This document shows, one piece after another, positions 11,021 through 20,614 of a stretch of 63,187 bases of DNA. Both the position numbers and the translations under genes were made by a program. This stretch comes from an uncultured Lachnospiraceae bacterium (lineage in GTDB: Bacteria; Bacillota; Clostridia; TANB77; CAG-508). Each line of letters starts with the position of its first letter. Position 1 is the stretch's first letter. The notes below the pieces were generated by a model that saw only the letters and a list, made by a program, of their open reading frames with translations, made no database searches and had not been told where the DNA came from. Location of the stretch: positions 1 through 63,187 of the forward strand of contig CAZLWI010000001.1 in assembly GCA_964563525.1 (NCBI GenBank), written 5' to 3'.

Positions 11021-11671
11021 ATGAATTTAGAAGAATTTAAAAAAATTTTAAAAGAAGGATTAGTACTAAATAATATTAGTATTAATCTTAACAATGAAAA
11101 GCAAGAACTGTTATTTAAATATATGAAATATATATTAGATAAAAATAAATATATTAATTTAACTGCAATTAAAGATAAAAAAGACTTTATATATAAACAT
11201 TATATAGATTGTTTTCATATTATTAAATATATTAAGAAAGGAAAGTTAATAGATATTGGAACAGGAGGAGGCTTTCCTGGTATTCCGTTATTAATAGTAA
11301 TGGATGATTTAGAAGTTACATTTTTAGATTCAACTAAAAAGAAACTTAAAGTTATAGAAGAGTTTATTTTTGAAAATAATATAAGTAAAGCTAAATTTAT
11401 TCATGATAGAGCAGAAAAATTAAATAAAGATGAAAAACATAGTAATAATTATGATTATGTTACTACTAGAGCAGTATCTAATATTGAGAACATCATAGAT
11501 TATACGCTTCCATATTTAAAAAAGGATGGACTAGGAATCGCAATGAGAGGCAAACTTGAAGAAGAAGTTGAAATTCTTAAAAATACTAATATAAATAAAA
11601 TAGATAAATATAATTTAATTGATCAAAACAATATGAAAAATGAAAGATATATCCTTTTACTTAAAAAATAA
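11021..11671 (+). CDS. rsmG: 16S rRNA (guanine527-N7)-methyltransferase RsmG
   Basis: 216 aa with SAM motif DIGTGGGFPGIPL. Synteny after mnmG. Confidence 0.9.
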   Translation: MNLEEFKKILKEGLVLNNISINLNNEKQELLFKYMKYILDKNKYINLTAIKDKKDFIYKHYIDCFHIIKYIKKGKLIDIGTGGGFPGIPLLIVMDDLEVTFLDSTKKKLKVIEEFIFENNISKAKFIHDRAEKLNKDEKHSNNYDYVTTRAVSNIENIIDYTLPYLKKDGLGIAMRGKLEEEVEILKNTNINKIDKYNLIDQNNMKNERYILLLKK

Positions 11672-11694
11672 AATATAAGATTAAGGGGAAAATT

Positions 11695-12360
11695 ATGAAA
11701 ATTTTAATTGTCGATGATGATAAACATTTAAGAAGTGTAATAAAAGAATATGCCGAATTTGAAAAAATACAAGCTTTTGAAGCTGTAAATGGATTAGAAG
11801 CTTTAGAAATGGTAAAAAAGGAAGACTTTGACATCATTATACTAGATATTATGATGCCTAAGATAGATGGATTTACAGCTGCAAAAGAAATAAAAACAAT
11901 TAAAAACATACCCATAATAATGTTATCTGCGAGAGATGATGAGTATGATAAATTACATGGATTTGATTTAGGAATTGATGATTATGTCACAAAACCTTTT
12001 AGTCCTAAAGAATTAATTGCTAGAGTAAAAGCAATATGCATTAGATCACAGAAAAATGTTAATCAGCAGATACTTTTTTATGAGACTTTAAAAATAGAAA
12101 TATTATCAAGAAAAGTTTTGGTTGAGGATGAAGTAATTGAGTTAACATTAAGAGAGTTTGATATATTAGTGTATTTGTTAAAAAATAAAGGCAAAGTTTT
12201 ATCAAGACAACAAATATTAGATTATGTTTGGGGATATGAGACATTCAATTATGACAGAACAGTTGATTCACATATAAAAAGTATAAGGAAGAAGTTAGGA
12301 AATTATAGTAAAAACATTAAAACTGTAAGAGGGGTAGGATATAAGTTTGATGAAAAATAA
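11695..12360 (+). CDS. OmpR-family two-component response regulator
   Basis: 221 aa: receiver domain (ILIVDDD...DIIILDIMMPKIDG) plus a winged-helix C-terminus (TVRGVGYKF). Confidence 0.9.
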   Translation: MKILIVDDDKHLRSVIKEYAEFEKIQAFEAVNGLEALEMVKKEDFDIIILDIMMPKIDGFTAAKEIKTIKNIPIIMLSARDDEYDKLHGFDLGIDDYVTKPFSPKELIARVKAICIRSQKNVNQQILFYETLKIEILSRKVLVEDEVIELTLREFDILVYLLKNKGKVLSRQQILDYVWGYETFNYDRTVDSHIKSIRKKLGNYSKNIKTVRGVGYKFDEK

Positions 12361-13846
12361 AAAAATAAATAATAACAATAATAACAAAGCAAGAAATACT
12401 AAAAAAAGAATGAAGTTTTATAATACTCTCTTTTTGTATTTTGCTTTTTTTGCAATAAGTATATTTGTTATTATTTTTTTAATGCAAATAATATTTTTAA
12501 AGCCAATGTATAAGAGTTCAAAGGAAAAGCAAATAAAGAGAGTTGCAGAAGAAATAGAAGAAAAATCTTTAAAAGGTAATTTATCTTCAAAGAACGAAGA
12601 GAGTTTTAAAAATGAGATAGATAAGATTGCTTATAACAATCAAATTCAAATATATTTATACCAAAAAAATGATATATATTATATATCAGAAAGCAATCCT
12701 GGAAGAATACCACAAAATATTAATAATGAAATAAAAATAATATTGGACTATTTAAAAGAAAATAATGTTAAAGAATATACAAAGAATGTAACACTAAAGA
12801 AGCTTAATATAAATGCTAACATATATGTTAGAAGTTTAATTTCAAATCAAGAAAAATCATTTAATAATGATTTTAAGATTGTTATAGTTTCTCCTCTAGA
12901 TCAAATTGATTCAACAATTGAAGTATTAACATTACAAAACTTATATATATCTATTTTTGCTATATTAATTGCACTTCTTATATCAATAATATTATCAAGA
13001 AAAATATCATCACCAATTGAAAACATTACTAAAGAAGCAAGGTTGTTAGAAGAAGGTAAGTATGATTTAAATATACCAGAAACTCAGTATTATGAAACGG
13101 AAAACTTAAGAAATGTTCTTCTAAAAAGCTCTCAAAAACTAAAAGAAAAAGATGCTTTTCAAAAGAATATAATTGCAAATGTTTCGCATGATTTAAAGAC
13201 TCCATTATCAATTATTAAAGCATATACTGAAAAGATACAAGACATAACAGGTGATGATAAAATTAAAAGAGAAGAGGATTTAAAAATAATATCAAAAGAA
13301 ACAGAAAACCTATCTTTACTAATATCAGATATCTTGGATTTATCTAAATTGGATGCTGGTGGCTATTTATTAAAGGTGGAAAAGTTTAATATAATAGAAG
13401 TTATTAATATAAATTTAAAAAGATTAGAACCAATAAAAGATAAAAAAAGTATAAAAATCAAGGTTAATATTGAAAAGAAGCAGGATAAAATAATTGTAAG
13501 TGGTGACAAATTAAAAATAAGCCAAGTAATATACAATCTAATATTAAATGCTCTTAAATATTCAAAGCCTAAATCAACAGTAAATGTAAATATAACATTA
13601 ATTAAAAATGGTGTAAAAATAGAGATTCAAGATTTTGGTAAAGGCATATCAAAAAAAGATTTACCAAATATTTTTAGTCAATACTATAAGTCAAATGATA
13701 AATCGCGAAAAGAAGATATAGCTTCAACAGGTCTAGGTTTATCGATAGTAAAAAGTATATTAGAAAAGCATGAATTTGATTATGGTGTAGAATCAGAGGA
13801 AGATAAAGGAACAAAGATATGGTTTATTTTTGATACTATTAAATAA
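12347..13846 (+). CDS. Sensor histidine kinase (two TM segments, HisKA + HATPase_c)
   Basis: 499 aa with H-box SHDLKTPL, N-box NLILNALKYS and G-box TGLGLSIVK. It overlaps the regulator gene by 14 nt. Confidence 0.87.
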   Translation: MMKNKKINNNNNNKARNTKKRMKFYNTLFLYFAFFAISIFVIIFLMQIIFLKPMYKSSKEKQIKRVAEEIEEKSLKGNLSSKNEESFKNEIDKIAYNNQIQIYLYQKNDIYYISESNPGRIPQNINNEIKIILDYLKENNVKEYTKNVTLKKLNINANIYVRSLISNQEKSFNNDFKIVIVSPLDQIDSTIEVLTLQNLYISIFAILIALLISIILSRKISSPIENITKEARLLEEGKYDLNIPETQYYETENLRNVLLKSSQKLKEKDAFQKNIIANVSHDLKTPLSIIKAYTEKIQDITGDDKIKREEDLKIISKETENLSLLISDILDLSKLDAGGYLLKVEKFNIIEVININLKRLEPIKDKKSIKIKVNIEKKQDKIIVSGDKLKISQVIYNLILNALKYSKPKSTVNVNITLIKNGVKIEIQDFGKGISKKDLPNIFSQYYKSNDKSRKEDIASTGLGLSIVKSILEKHEFDYGVESEEDKGTKIWFIFDTIK

Positions 13847-13929
13847 AGTATTGTGAAGAAAAAAACATAAATCCTCCATAATTTCATCAAACATATATTC
13901 TAGAATGTAATTAAGAAAGGAGGAGAAAT

Positions 13930-14292
13930 ATGAAAAGTAAAACATTTAAAATAGTTTTTACTCTTGCAATCGTTTTAGGAATAGTTTTAATTGGATATAC
14001 AGTTTTTGCAGCTCAGACTCAAAACAAAAGACAAGGTCAGAATTTAACAATTCAACAAAAAGAAGAAATAGTAGACAAAAGAGTTAAAGAAGGAACAGTT
14101 ACAACAGATCAAGCAAAAGAAATAAAATCAAAATTACAAAACTGTAATCCTGAAAATCCTCAAAGAATAGGCCAAGAATACAAATTAGGTTTTGGCAGAA
14201 CTGAAGGAACTAAAGGTAATGGAGTAGGACAATCTGAACAAAAAGGTAGAGGATTAAGAAACGGAACTTGTAAATTGAGTGAACAACAATAA
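13930..14292 (+). CDS. Small secreted or membrane-anchored protein, function unknown
   Basis: 120 aa with a strong RBS (AAGGAGGAG), an N-terminal hydrophobic signal/anchor, a Gln/Lys/Gly-rich mature part with two Cys, and its own terminator. Confidence 0.5.
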   Translation: MKSKTFKIVFTLAIVLGIVLIGYTVFAAQTQNKRQGQNLTIQQKEEIVDKRVKEGTVTTDQAKEIKSKLQNCNPENPQRIGQEYKLGFGRTEGTKGNGVGQSEQKGRGLRNGTCKLSEQQ

Positions 14293-14317
14293 TTACTAAA
14301 TATTAATTTAACACAAG

Positions 14318-14350
14318 AAAAGAGAAGTATTTTTTTACTTCTCTTTTTAT
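14318..14350 (+). terminator. Rho-independent terminator
   Basis: AAAAGAGAAGTA (14318-14329) pairs with TACTTCTCTTTT (14336-14347) across a T6 loop. The tail is T-rich. Confidence 0.6.
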
Positions 14351-14382
14351 ATATCTATATTAAACATAATAAAAAGACAAAA

Positions 14383-14475
14383 GATAAGTTTTGGGAATAA
14401 GAAATTTAAATTGATGTAAACCATAATTGATAAGACATACAAGATGGACAATTGTCCATTTACAAATGTAAAAAT
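14383..14475 (+). repeat. 93-nt intergenic repeat element, copy 2 (palindrome at 14445-14458)
   Basis: It has the same conserved 5' 28 nt and 3' roughly 40 nt as copies 1 and 3, in the same orientation, and sits about 430 nt upstream of parA. Confidence 0.85.
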
Positions 14476-14854
14476 ATACCAAACTTTAAAAATTAAAAAA
14501 TAAAAGCAAAGAAACATAAATATAAATAAGTACAAAGTAAAACAAAGAATATAATAAATACTTGTTAAATTAATAAATTTTAAAGTTAAAAAGTAAAAGA
14601 AAATATTACAATACTGTAATATTTTTTATTTAAAATTTACAAATAGCGTTTTTTAACATTGTTAGTTAATAATGTTAATAAAAATAATTATTAGTTTTAA
14701 ACAAGAAAGAAGACTAGAACAGCAATAGAAAATGCCTGTTAAAAAGAAAACAGAAAATGAAAGTTTATAGTAAACTTTATCATATTACAGTTGTCACGAT
14801 AAAATAATCTGATTAAAGATGGTTTTTGTTTTATTGAAAATTTAAATATTAAAT

Positions 14855-14883
14855 TTGACTAAAGTAGTAAAAAAATATATTAT
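14855..14883 (+). promoter_or_regulatory. Candidate promoter of parA
   Basis: TTGACT (14855-14860), a 17-nt spacer, then TATTAT (14878-14883), 25 nt upstream of the TTG start. Confidence 0.4.
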
Positions 14884-14907
14884 ACATATATAGAAAGTGA
14901 GGTAATC

Positions 14908-15795
14908 TTGGCTAAAATAATATCAATTGCAAATCAAAAAGGTGGAGTTGGGAAAACAACTACAACTGTTAATTTATCAGCAATATTTGCAACAAAGGGT
15001 AAGAAAGTTCTGTTAATTGATGCTGATCCACAAGGCAATGCAACTAGTGGTTTAGGTGTAAATAAAAAGTTAGACCTATCACTATATAATGTTTTAATTG
15101 ATGATACTGTAATGGAAGAATGTATCCAATCTACTAAAATAAAGAATTTAGACATATGTCCATGTAATATTGATTTAGCTGGTGCAGAAGTTGAACTAGT
15201 TTCTTTAATGTCTAGAGAAAAAAGATTAAAGAATAAATTAGATATTATTAAAGATAAGTATGATTATATATTAATTGATTGTCCTCCTTCTTTAGGATTA
15301 TTAACACTAAATGCTTTAACAGCTTCTGATTATATATTAGTACCTGTGCAATGTGAATACTATGCGTTAGAAGGTTTAACTCAATTATTGAATACGGTTA
15401 AATTAGTAAAGAAACATTTAAATAATAAAATAGTAGTATTAGGAGCTATTTTAACTATGTATGATTCTAGAACTAATCTTTCAAATGAAGTAGTATCAGA
15501 GGTTAGAAAATTCTTCAAAAATCATGTATTCAAAACTATTATACCTAGAAATGTTAGGTTAAGTGAAGCACCTAGTTATGGGATGTCGATTATTGAATAT
15601 GATGAAAAATCTAGAGGAGCTGAAGCTTACTTTTCTTTAGCAAAGGAAATATTAAGAGTTTTAAATCCTAGAAAAACTAAAGTAGAAATAAAGAGTAATA
15701 CAGATAAGGTAAAGACATTAAAGAATGATGAAATAAAGAATAAGCAGGAACAAGCAAACAAGAAAAAAGTAAAAAAGTATACAAGAAAAATATAA
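14908..15795 (+). CDS. parA: Chromosome partitioning ATPase ParA/Soj (TTG start, Lys-rich C-terminal extension of about 45 aa)
   Basis: 295 aa with the deviant Walker A NQKGGVGKTTT and DCPPSLG. It is followed by parB. Confidence 0.9.
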   Translation: MAKIISIANQKGGVGKTTTTVNLSAIFATKGKKVLLIDADPQGNATSGLGVNKKLDLSLYNVLIDDTVMEECIQSTKIKNLDICPCNIDLAGAEVELVSLMSREKRLKNKLDIIKDKYDYILIDCPPSLGLLTLNALTASDYILVPVQCEYYALEGLTQLLNTVKLVKKHLNNKIVVLGAILTMYDSRTNLSNEVVSEVRKFFKNHVFKTIIPRNVRLSEAPSYGMSIIEYDEKSRGAEAYFSLAKEILRVLNPRKTKVEIKSNTDKVKTLKNDEIKNKQEQANKKKVKKYTRKI

Positions 15796-15887
15796 GATAA
15801 GTTTTGGGAATAAGAAATTAAAATTGATATAAGTCTTAATTTGTAGTACATGCAAGCTGGACAATTGTCCATTTACAAATGTAAAAT
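15796..15887 (+). repeat. 92-nt intergenic repeat element, copy 3 (palindrome at 15858-15871)
   Basis: It starts directly after the parA stop and ends 20 nt before the parB ATG, with the same conserved flanks as copies 1 and 2. Confidence 0.85.
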
Positions 15888-15907
15888 TATTTGAAAGGAA
15901 ATAAAAA

Positions 15908-16774
15908 ATGACAAAAAAAACAGGATTAGGAAGAGGAATAGGAGCATTATTTAGTGATAATGAAGTAGAAGAATATAATTATGATGATGAAAAAGCTTTA
16001 GTTAAAAGTTTGAAACTTACAGAAATAGAACCAAACAAAGATCAAGCAAGAAGAAATTTTGATAAAGCAAAATTAAATGAATTGGCTGAATCAATAAAAA
16101 AGTTTGGTGTATTGCAACCAATAATAGTTACTAAAAAAGATGAACATTATGAAATAATAGCAGGTGAAAGAAGATGGAGAGCTTCAATTATTGCAGGCCT
16201 TAAAGAAATACCAGCAATTATTAAAGAAGATAATGAAAAAGATAATGCGAAAATATCTTTAATTGAAAACATACAAAGAGAAAATTTAAACCCTGTAGAA
16301 AGAGCAAGAGGATTTACTGCACTTATAAATGAGTACGAACTAACTATTGCAGATTTGGCGAAAGCTTTAGGTTTAAATTCAACAAGAATTAAGGAAAATA
16401 TAGAATTATTAAAATTAGATGATAGAGTAATAAAATATATTGAAGAAGGTAGTTTACCTGAAAGTACAGCAAAAGTTATATTAGAACAAGAAGATAAAGA
16501 AATACAATATGAATTAGCATTATATATAATAGAAGATGGATTAACAGCTAAAGAAGCAAAAAACAGATTAAGAGTAAGAAATAAAAAACAAAGACCTAAA
16601 AAACAAATAGAAGACTTACGAGAATACAAGGCATTAGAAAATAAATTTTCTGAACATTTTAAAACTAAAGTCAAAATTAATGTTGGAAAAAACAATAAAG
16701 GCAAAATTGTGATTGATTATAATTCTAATGAAGAATTAGAAAGAATAGTAAAATTAATAGAAAAAAACAAATAA
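15908..16774 (+). CDS. parB: Chromosome partitioning protein ParB/Spo0J
   Basis: 288 aa: GLGRGIGALF, ParB box IIAGERRWRAS, and an HTH region. Confidence 0.9.
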   Translation: MTKKTGLGRGIGALFSDNEVEEYNYDDEKALVKSLKLTEIEPNKDQARRNFDKAKLNELAESIKKFGVLQPIIVTKKDEHYEIIAGERRWRASIIAGLKEIPAIIKEDNEKDNAKISLIENIQRENLNPVERARGFTALINEYELTIADLAKALGLNSTRIKENIELLKLDDRVIKYIEEGSLPESTAKVILEQEDKEIQYELALYIIEDGLTAKEAKNRLRVRNKKQRPKKQIEDLREYKALENKFSEHFKTKVKINVGKNNKGKIVIDYNSNEELERIVKLIEKNK

Positions 16775-17548
16775 AAACCTAAATTATGCAAAACAAAAAT
16801 ATTAGAATAAATAACATAGAATAAATTAAAGGAGCTAAGGGAAATACAGAATCCAGAGCTTCTTTTTTTATATAAATAAGGTGAATAACTCTCTTAAAGG
16901 CTATTAATATAGAAGCTTTTTAGATTAAGGAAAATTTAATATTACAAAAGTGTTACATAATTTAAAATATTTACTACTATTTATAAAAAAACAATGTAGA
17001 GCAAGCACGAGTAGTGATAAGAGTTATAAACACAAAAAAATTTGAGATTGCTTTTAAAAAAATAAAAAGTTATATAAGACAAAAAAATATAAAAATATTG
17101 AAAAAGACTAAAATATTAAAGTTTTTGAGTTTTTAAAAAGACAATTAAAAAACTTTAAGAGTAAAAGTTGAGATATAAAGCTTTTTTATTTAAAAGTATA
17201 AAAATTTATTAACACAAAAATAAAAAAATTATATTTTAAAGAATTGAGTTTTTATAAAGTGATTTCAAAAAGATTTGAAAATTAAAAGAAGATCTTTTGT
17301 AAGATTTGAAATTTAAAAAATACAAATCCAATAAAAAGAACACTTTTTCTTGTAAATAATATTTTTAAATTACATAAACATTAAATAAAAAATATAATTA
17401 AATATAATTGAAAATTTTATATAATTACTAGGGGAGTATAGAAGAGATAGAATTTTAAAACACATAAAAAATTAAAATAACTATATTTAATAGCAGTAGA
17501 TAGTTGTAATTGGAAAGCCTGTGAAAATTAAAAGAGACATTGTATAGG

Positions 17549-17577
17549 TTGACAAAATAAGCAATAATTGCTAAAAT
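17549..17577 (+). promoter_or_regulatory. Promoter of the tRNA-Ser pair
   Basis: TTGACA (17549-17554), a 17-nt spacer, then TAAAAT (17572-17577), 16 nt before the tRNA 5' end. Confidence 0.5.
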
Positions 17578-17593
17578 GTTTATATCTTAATAG

Positions 17594-17681
17594 GGAGAGG
17601 TGGTCGAGTGGTTGAAGGCACCAGTCTTGAAAATTGGAACAGTGAAAGCTGTCGTGGGTTCGAATCCCACCCTCTCCGCCA
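17594..17681 (+). tRNA. tRNA-Ser (anticodon UGA)
   Basis: Acceptor stem GGAGAGG/CCTCTCC, anticodon loop CTTGAAA, long variable arm, T-arm GTGGGTTCGAATCCCAC, encoded CCA. Confidence 0.85.
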
Positions 17682-17687
17682 ACTTAT

Positions 17688-17781
17688 GGAGAGTTACCCA
17701 AGAGGCTGAAGGGGCGGGTTTGCTAAACCTGTAGGGTGTCTAATAGATGCCGCGAGGGTTCAAATCCCTCACTCTCCGCCA
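17688..17781 (+). tRNA. tRNA-Ser (anticodon GCU)
   Basis: Acceptor stem GGAGAGT/ACTCTCC, anticodon loop TTGCTAA, long variable arm, T-arm GAGGGTTCAAATCCCTC, encoded CCA. A hairpin plus T-run follows at about 17783-17812. Confidence 0.8.
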
Positions 17782-17927
17782 AAGAACTGATAATCTGTCG
17801 GTTCTTTTATCAAAAAAACACCAATTTAAATTAAATTAAAATGCTTTACCTATAATGCTTACAAGCTTGTTATTTGACATAATTCTGTAATTATGGTATA
17901 GTAAGGCAAATCAAAAGGAGAAAAAAG

Positions 17928-18281
17928 ATGGAAAAGCAAAAGTTAATTGCAAAGTCTTTTACCAAGAGATTTATTCTTAATCGTCAATATCAATTGCTTG
18001 CTGAAGATTTTGCAACTGATGAATCTGTAATCGAACTAATATTCAAAGATGTCCATGCTAATGAAATTGTTTTTATACCTATAAGAGTTACTAGTAATAG
18101 AGAATTTCTTTTAAGAGAAGAAGTTAAAAATTATTTTAAAAGAAGAAAAATAGCTCAAAATGTGAAATGGTATTTGACAAAGCATGGACTTTTAAATGAA
18201 CAAATTAGAGTAGACTTTGCAGAAGTATCAGTAGATGGAGATAAGGCTAAACTAAGATATTCAATGAAAGTCATTTACTAA
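17928..18281 (+). CDS. YraN (UPF0102)-like endonuclease-fold protein, diverged
   Basis: 117 aa with a good RBS. The pattern (IELIF...IVFIPIRV...RVDFAEVSV) resembles the YraN E-D-E-K core layout, recognised from memory only. Confidence 0.4.
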   Translation: MEKQKLIAKSFTKRFILNRQYQLLAEDFATDESVIELIFKDVHANEIVFIPIRVTSNREFLLREEVKNYFKRRKIAQNVKWYLTKHGLLNEQIRVDFAEVSVDGDKAKLRYSMKVIY

Positions 18282-18466
18282 TTAAAAAAACGAAATAAAA
18301 AAATAGGACTATTATTTAATTTAATATTTATTATATTAAATTAAGTGATATTCTTTATTATTCAACAAATATGCTACATTTAGTTATCGCTTTTGTTATT
18401 TTACTTGAAAAGGATACTAAAATGTAGTATATTTTTTATATACTTAATTAAAGGAGAAAATAAATT

Positions 18467-19732
18467 TTGGAAAAGCTTATAATTGAAGGTAATACACAAT
18501 TAAAAGGTGAAGTAATAATAAATGGAGCAAAAAATGCAGCTGTAGCTATTGTTCCTGCCACATTATTAGTAAAAGGAGTTAGCAGAATAGAAAATCTACC
18601 AAATATACTTGATGTTAAATTGTTTTGTGAAATATTAAAGGAACTAGGAGTCGGAGTTAAGTGGATAGATGAACACACTGTTGAAATAGATGCAAAGAAA
18701 ATTAAAACCAATGTTGCATTTTCTGATAAAGTCAAAAAGTTTAGAGCTTCATATTATTTAATAGGAGCATTATTAGGAAGAGAAAAAGGAGCAACAATTG
18801 GCTTACCAGGTGGATGCAATATAGGCGAAAGACCCATAGATCAACACATAAAAGGGTTTGAAGCTTTAGGAGCAAAAGTTGAGATTAATAAAGATATTGT
18901 TTCCGCAAAAACACAAAATGGACATTTAGAAGGTACATCAATATATTTAGATGTAGTTTCTGTTGGTGCAACTATAAATATAATGTTAGCCTCTGTTTTA
19001 GCAGAAGGAGTTACAATAATAGAAAATGCTGCAAAAGAACCACATATTGTAGATGTTGCTAACTTTTTAAACACAATGGGTGCAGATATTATGGGTGCAG
19101 GAACAGATACTATTAGAATAAGAGGAGTTAATGAATTAGTTAGAGATGCAACATATTCTGTAGTTCCTGATCAAATTGAGACAGGAACATTTATGATTGC
19201 TGCAGTTGCCTCAAAAGGTGATGTATTAATTAAAAATTGTATACCAAAACATATGGAATCCTTAACGGCTAAACTATTAGAAATGGGAGCAGAAATAGAT
19301 TTAGGAGGAGACAGCATAAGAGTTACTTGTGATAAAAGACCTAAAAAAGTTAATATTAAAACACAACCATATCCAGGTTTTCCAACAGATCTTCAATCTC
19401 AAATGGGAGTAGCTTTAGCTATATCAGAAGGTATAAGTATAATAGAAGAAAATATTTGGGATTCAAGATTTCATTATACTGTAGAACTAAACAATATGGG
19501 CGCCAATATTAATATTCAAGGTAAAAGAGCCATATTTAGTGGAGTAAAAAAACTAAATGGAACAGCAGTAACAGCCACAGACTTAAGAGCTGGTGCAGCT
19601 TTATTGATAGCTGGGATTATTGCAGATGGTGAAACCGAATTAAGAAATATTAGTCATATAGATAGAGGATATGAAAAGATAGAAGAAAAGTTTAGAAACT
19701 TAGGAGCAAAAATTAAGAGGATTAGTGAATGA
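18467..19732 (+). CDS. murA: UDP-N-acetylglucosamine 1-carboxyvinyltransferase
   Basis: 421 aa with a TTG start: GAKNAAV, LPGGCNIGERPIDQH (active-site Cys), DLRAGAALLIAG. Confidence 0.95.
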   Translation: MEKLIIEGNTQLKGEVIINGAKNAAVAIVPATLLVKGVSRIENLPNILDVKLFCEILKELGVGVKWIDEHTVEIDAKKIKTNVAFSDKVKKFRASYYLIGALLGREKGATIGLPGGCNIGERPIDQHIKGFEALGAKVEINKDIVSAKTQNGHLEGTSIYLDVVSVGATINIMLASVLAEGVTIIENAAKEPHIVDVANFLNTMGADIMGAGTDTIRIRGVNELVRDATYSVVPDQIETGTFMIAAVASKGDVLIKNCIPKHMESLTAKLLEMGAEIDLGGDSIRVTCDKRPKKVNIKTQPYPGFPTDLQSQMGVALAISEGISIIEENIWDSRFHYTVELNNMGANINIQGKRAIFSGVKKLNGTAVTATDLRAGAALLIAGIIADGETELRNISHIDRGYEKIEEKFRNLGAKIKRISE

Positions 19733-20520
19733 TAAAATTTGTTAGTCTTTTTAGTGGAAGTTCAGGAAATTCATATTTTGTACAAGTAGATGATAATAAG
19801 TTTTTAGTTGATGTTGGTGTTTCAAAAAACAGAATAGTTACAGAATTAGAAAAAATTGGAGAAAATATTAAAGACATAGATGCAATATTTATAACTCATG
19901 AACATATAGACCATATTAGAGGACTATCTCTTATAAATAAATATTATAATATTCCAATACATATTAATAAAAAAACTTTAGATGAAGTTAATAATAAAAT
20001 AAAAGAATTAAATGTTAATTCGATAAGTCTTTTTGAAAAAAAAGAATATAATTTTAAAGAAACTACAGTAAAACCTTTTAGTATCTCGCATGATGCAGTA
20101 GATCCTGTAGGTTTTTCTTTTTTTGATAAGGAAAATAATAAAATTACAATAGCCACAGACTTAGGAGAAGTTACAAAAGAAGTTTATAACAATCTCCAAA
20201 ATAGCGATATATTGGTGCTAGAAGCAAATTATGATGATAATCTTATACATTACTCTCCTTATCCTAGATATGTTGTAAACAGAATCATAAGTAAAGATGG
20301 TCATTTATCTAATTTAGAATCAACAGAATTAGTAAGTGATTTAATTGAAGAAGGATTGAAAAATATTGCTTTAGGACATATAAGTAAAAGCAATAATAAT
20401 TATGAATTAATACCTGATATATTAAATGAAAAATTATTATTAAAGAATATAGAAACTAAAAATATTAATTTAGAAATTTTAAGATGTGATGAATCAAGTA
20501 ACGAATTATTAATAAAATGA
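19729..20520 (+). CDS. MBL-fold metallo-hydrolase
   Basis: 263 aa with the HxHxDH motif THEHIDHIRG. The ATGA overlap with murA suggests translational coupling. Confidence 0.8.
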   Translation: MIKFVSLFSGSSGNSYFVQVDDNKFLVDVGVSKNRIVTELEKIGENIKDIDAIFITHEHIDHIRGLSLINKYYNIPIHINKKTLDEVNNKIKELNVNSISLFEKKEYNFKETTVKPFSISHDAVDPVGFSFFDKENNKITIATDLGEVTKEVYNNLQNSDILVLEANYDDNLIHYSPYPRYVVNRIISKDGHLSNLESTELVSDLIEEGLKNIALGHISKSNNNYELIPDILNEKLLLKNIETKNINLEILRCDESSNELLIK

Positions 20521-20614
20521 TTAAATAACTATAAAATCTCAAAAAATATTTTAATAAAAACATAAAAAAATATAAATAAATTTATAAAATACAAGTTATA
20601 AATATGAAAATTAT

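Noticed and set aside
10918-15887. Reading the conserved-variable-conserved layout of the 93-nt element (5' GTTTTGGGAATAAGAAATTAAAAT) as a CRISPR repeat/spacer or tracr-like unit
   Set aside because: The two conserved flanks are not copies of each other, the units are kilobases apart, and no cas genes are present. It is not a CRISPR array.
16147-16704. 185-aa minus-strand ORF inside parB. Similar antisense ORFs occur at 5146-5454, 5997-6290, 29251-29982, 40145-40450, 46314-46673, 50974-51417, 52756-53139 and 61676-62155.
   Set aside because: All lie fully antisense to well-supported genes. They are Ser/Phe/Leu-rich mirror images of Lys/Glu-rich coding sequence and lack an RBS. They are shadow ORFs typical of AT-rich DNA.
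15908-16774. Canonical parS (TGTTNCACGTGAAACA) inside or near parB
   Set aside because: I found only a half-site-like GGTGAAAGA at about 16160 with no palindromic partner. The by-eye search is not exhaustive, so absence is provisional.
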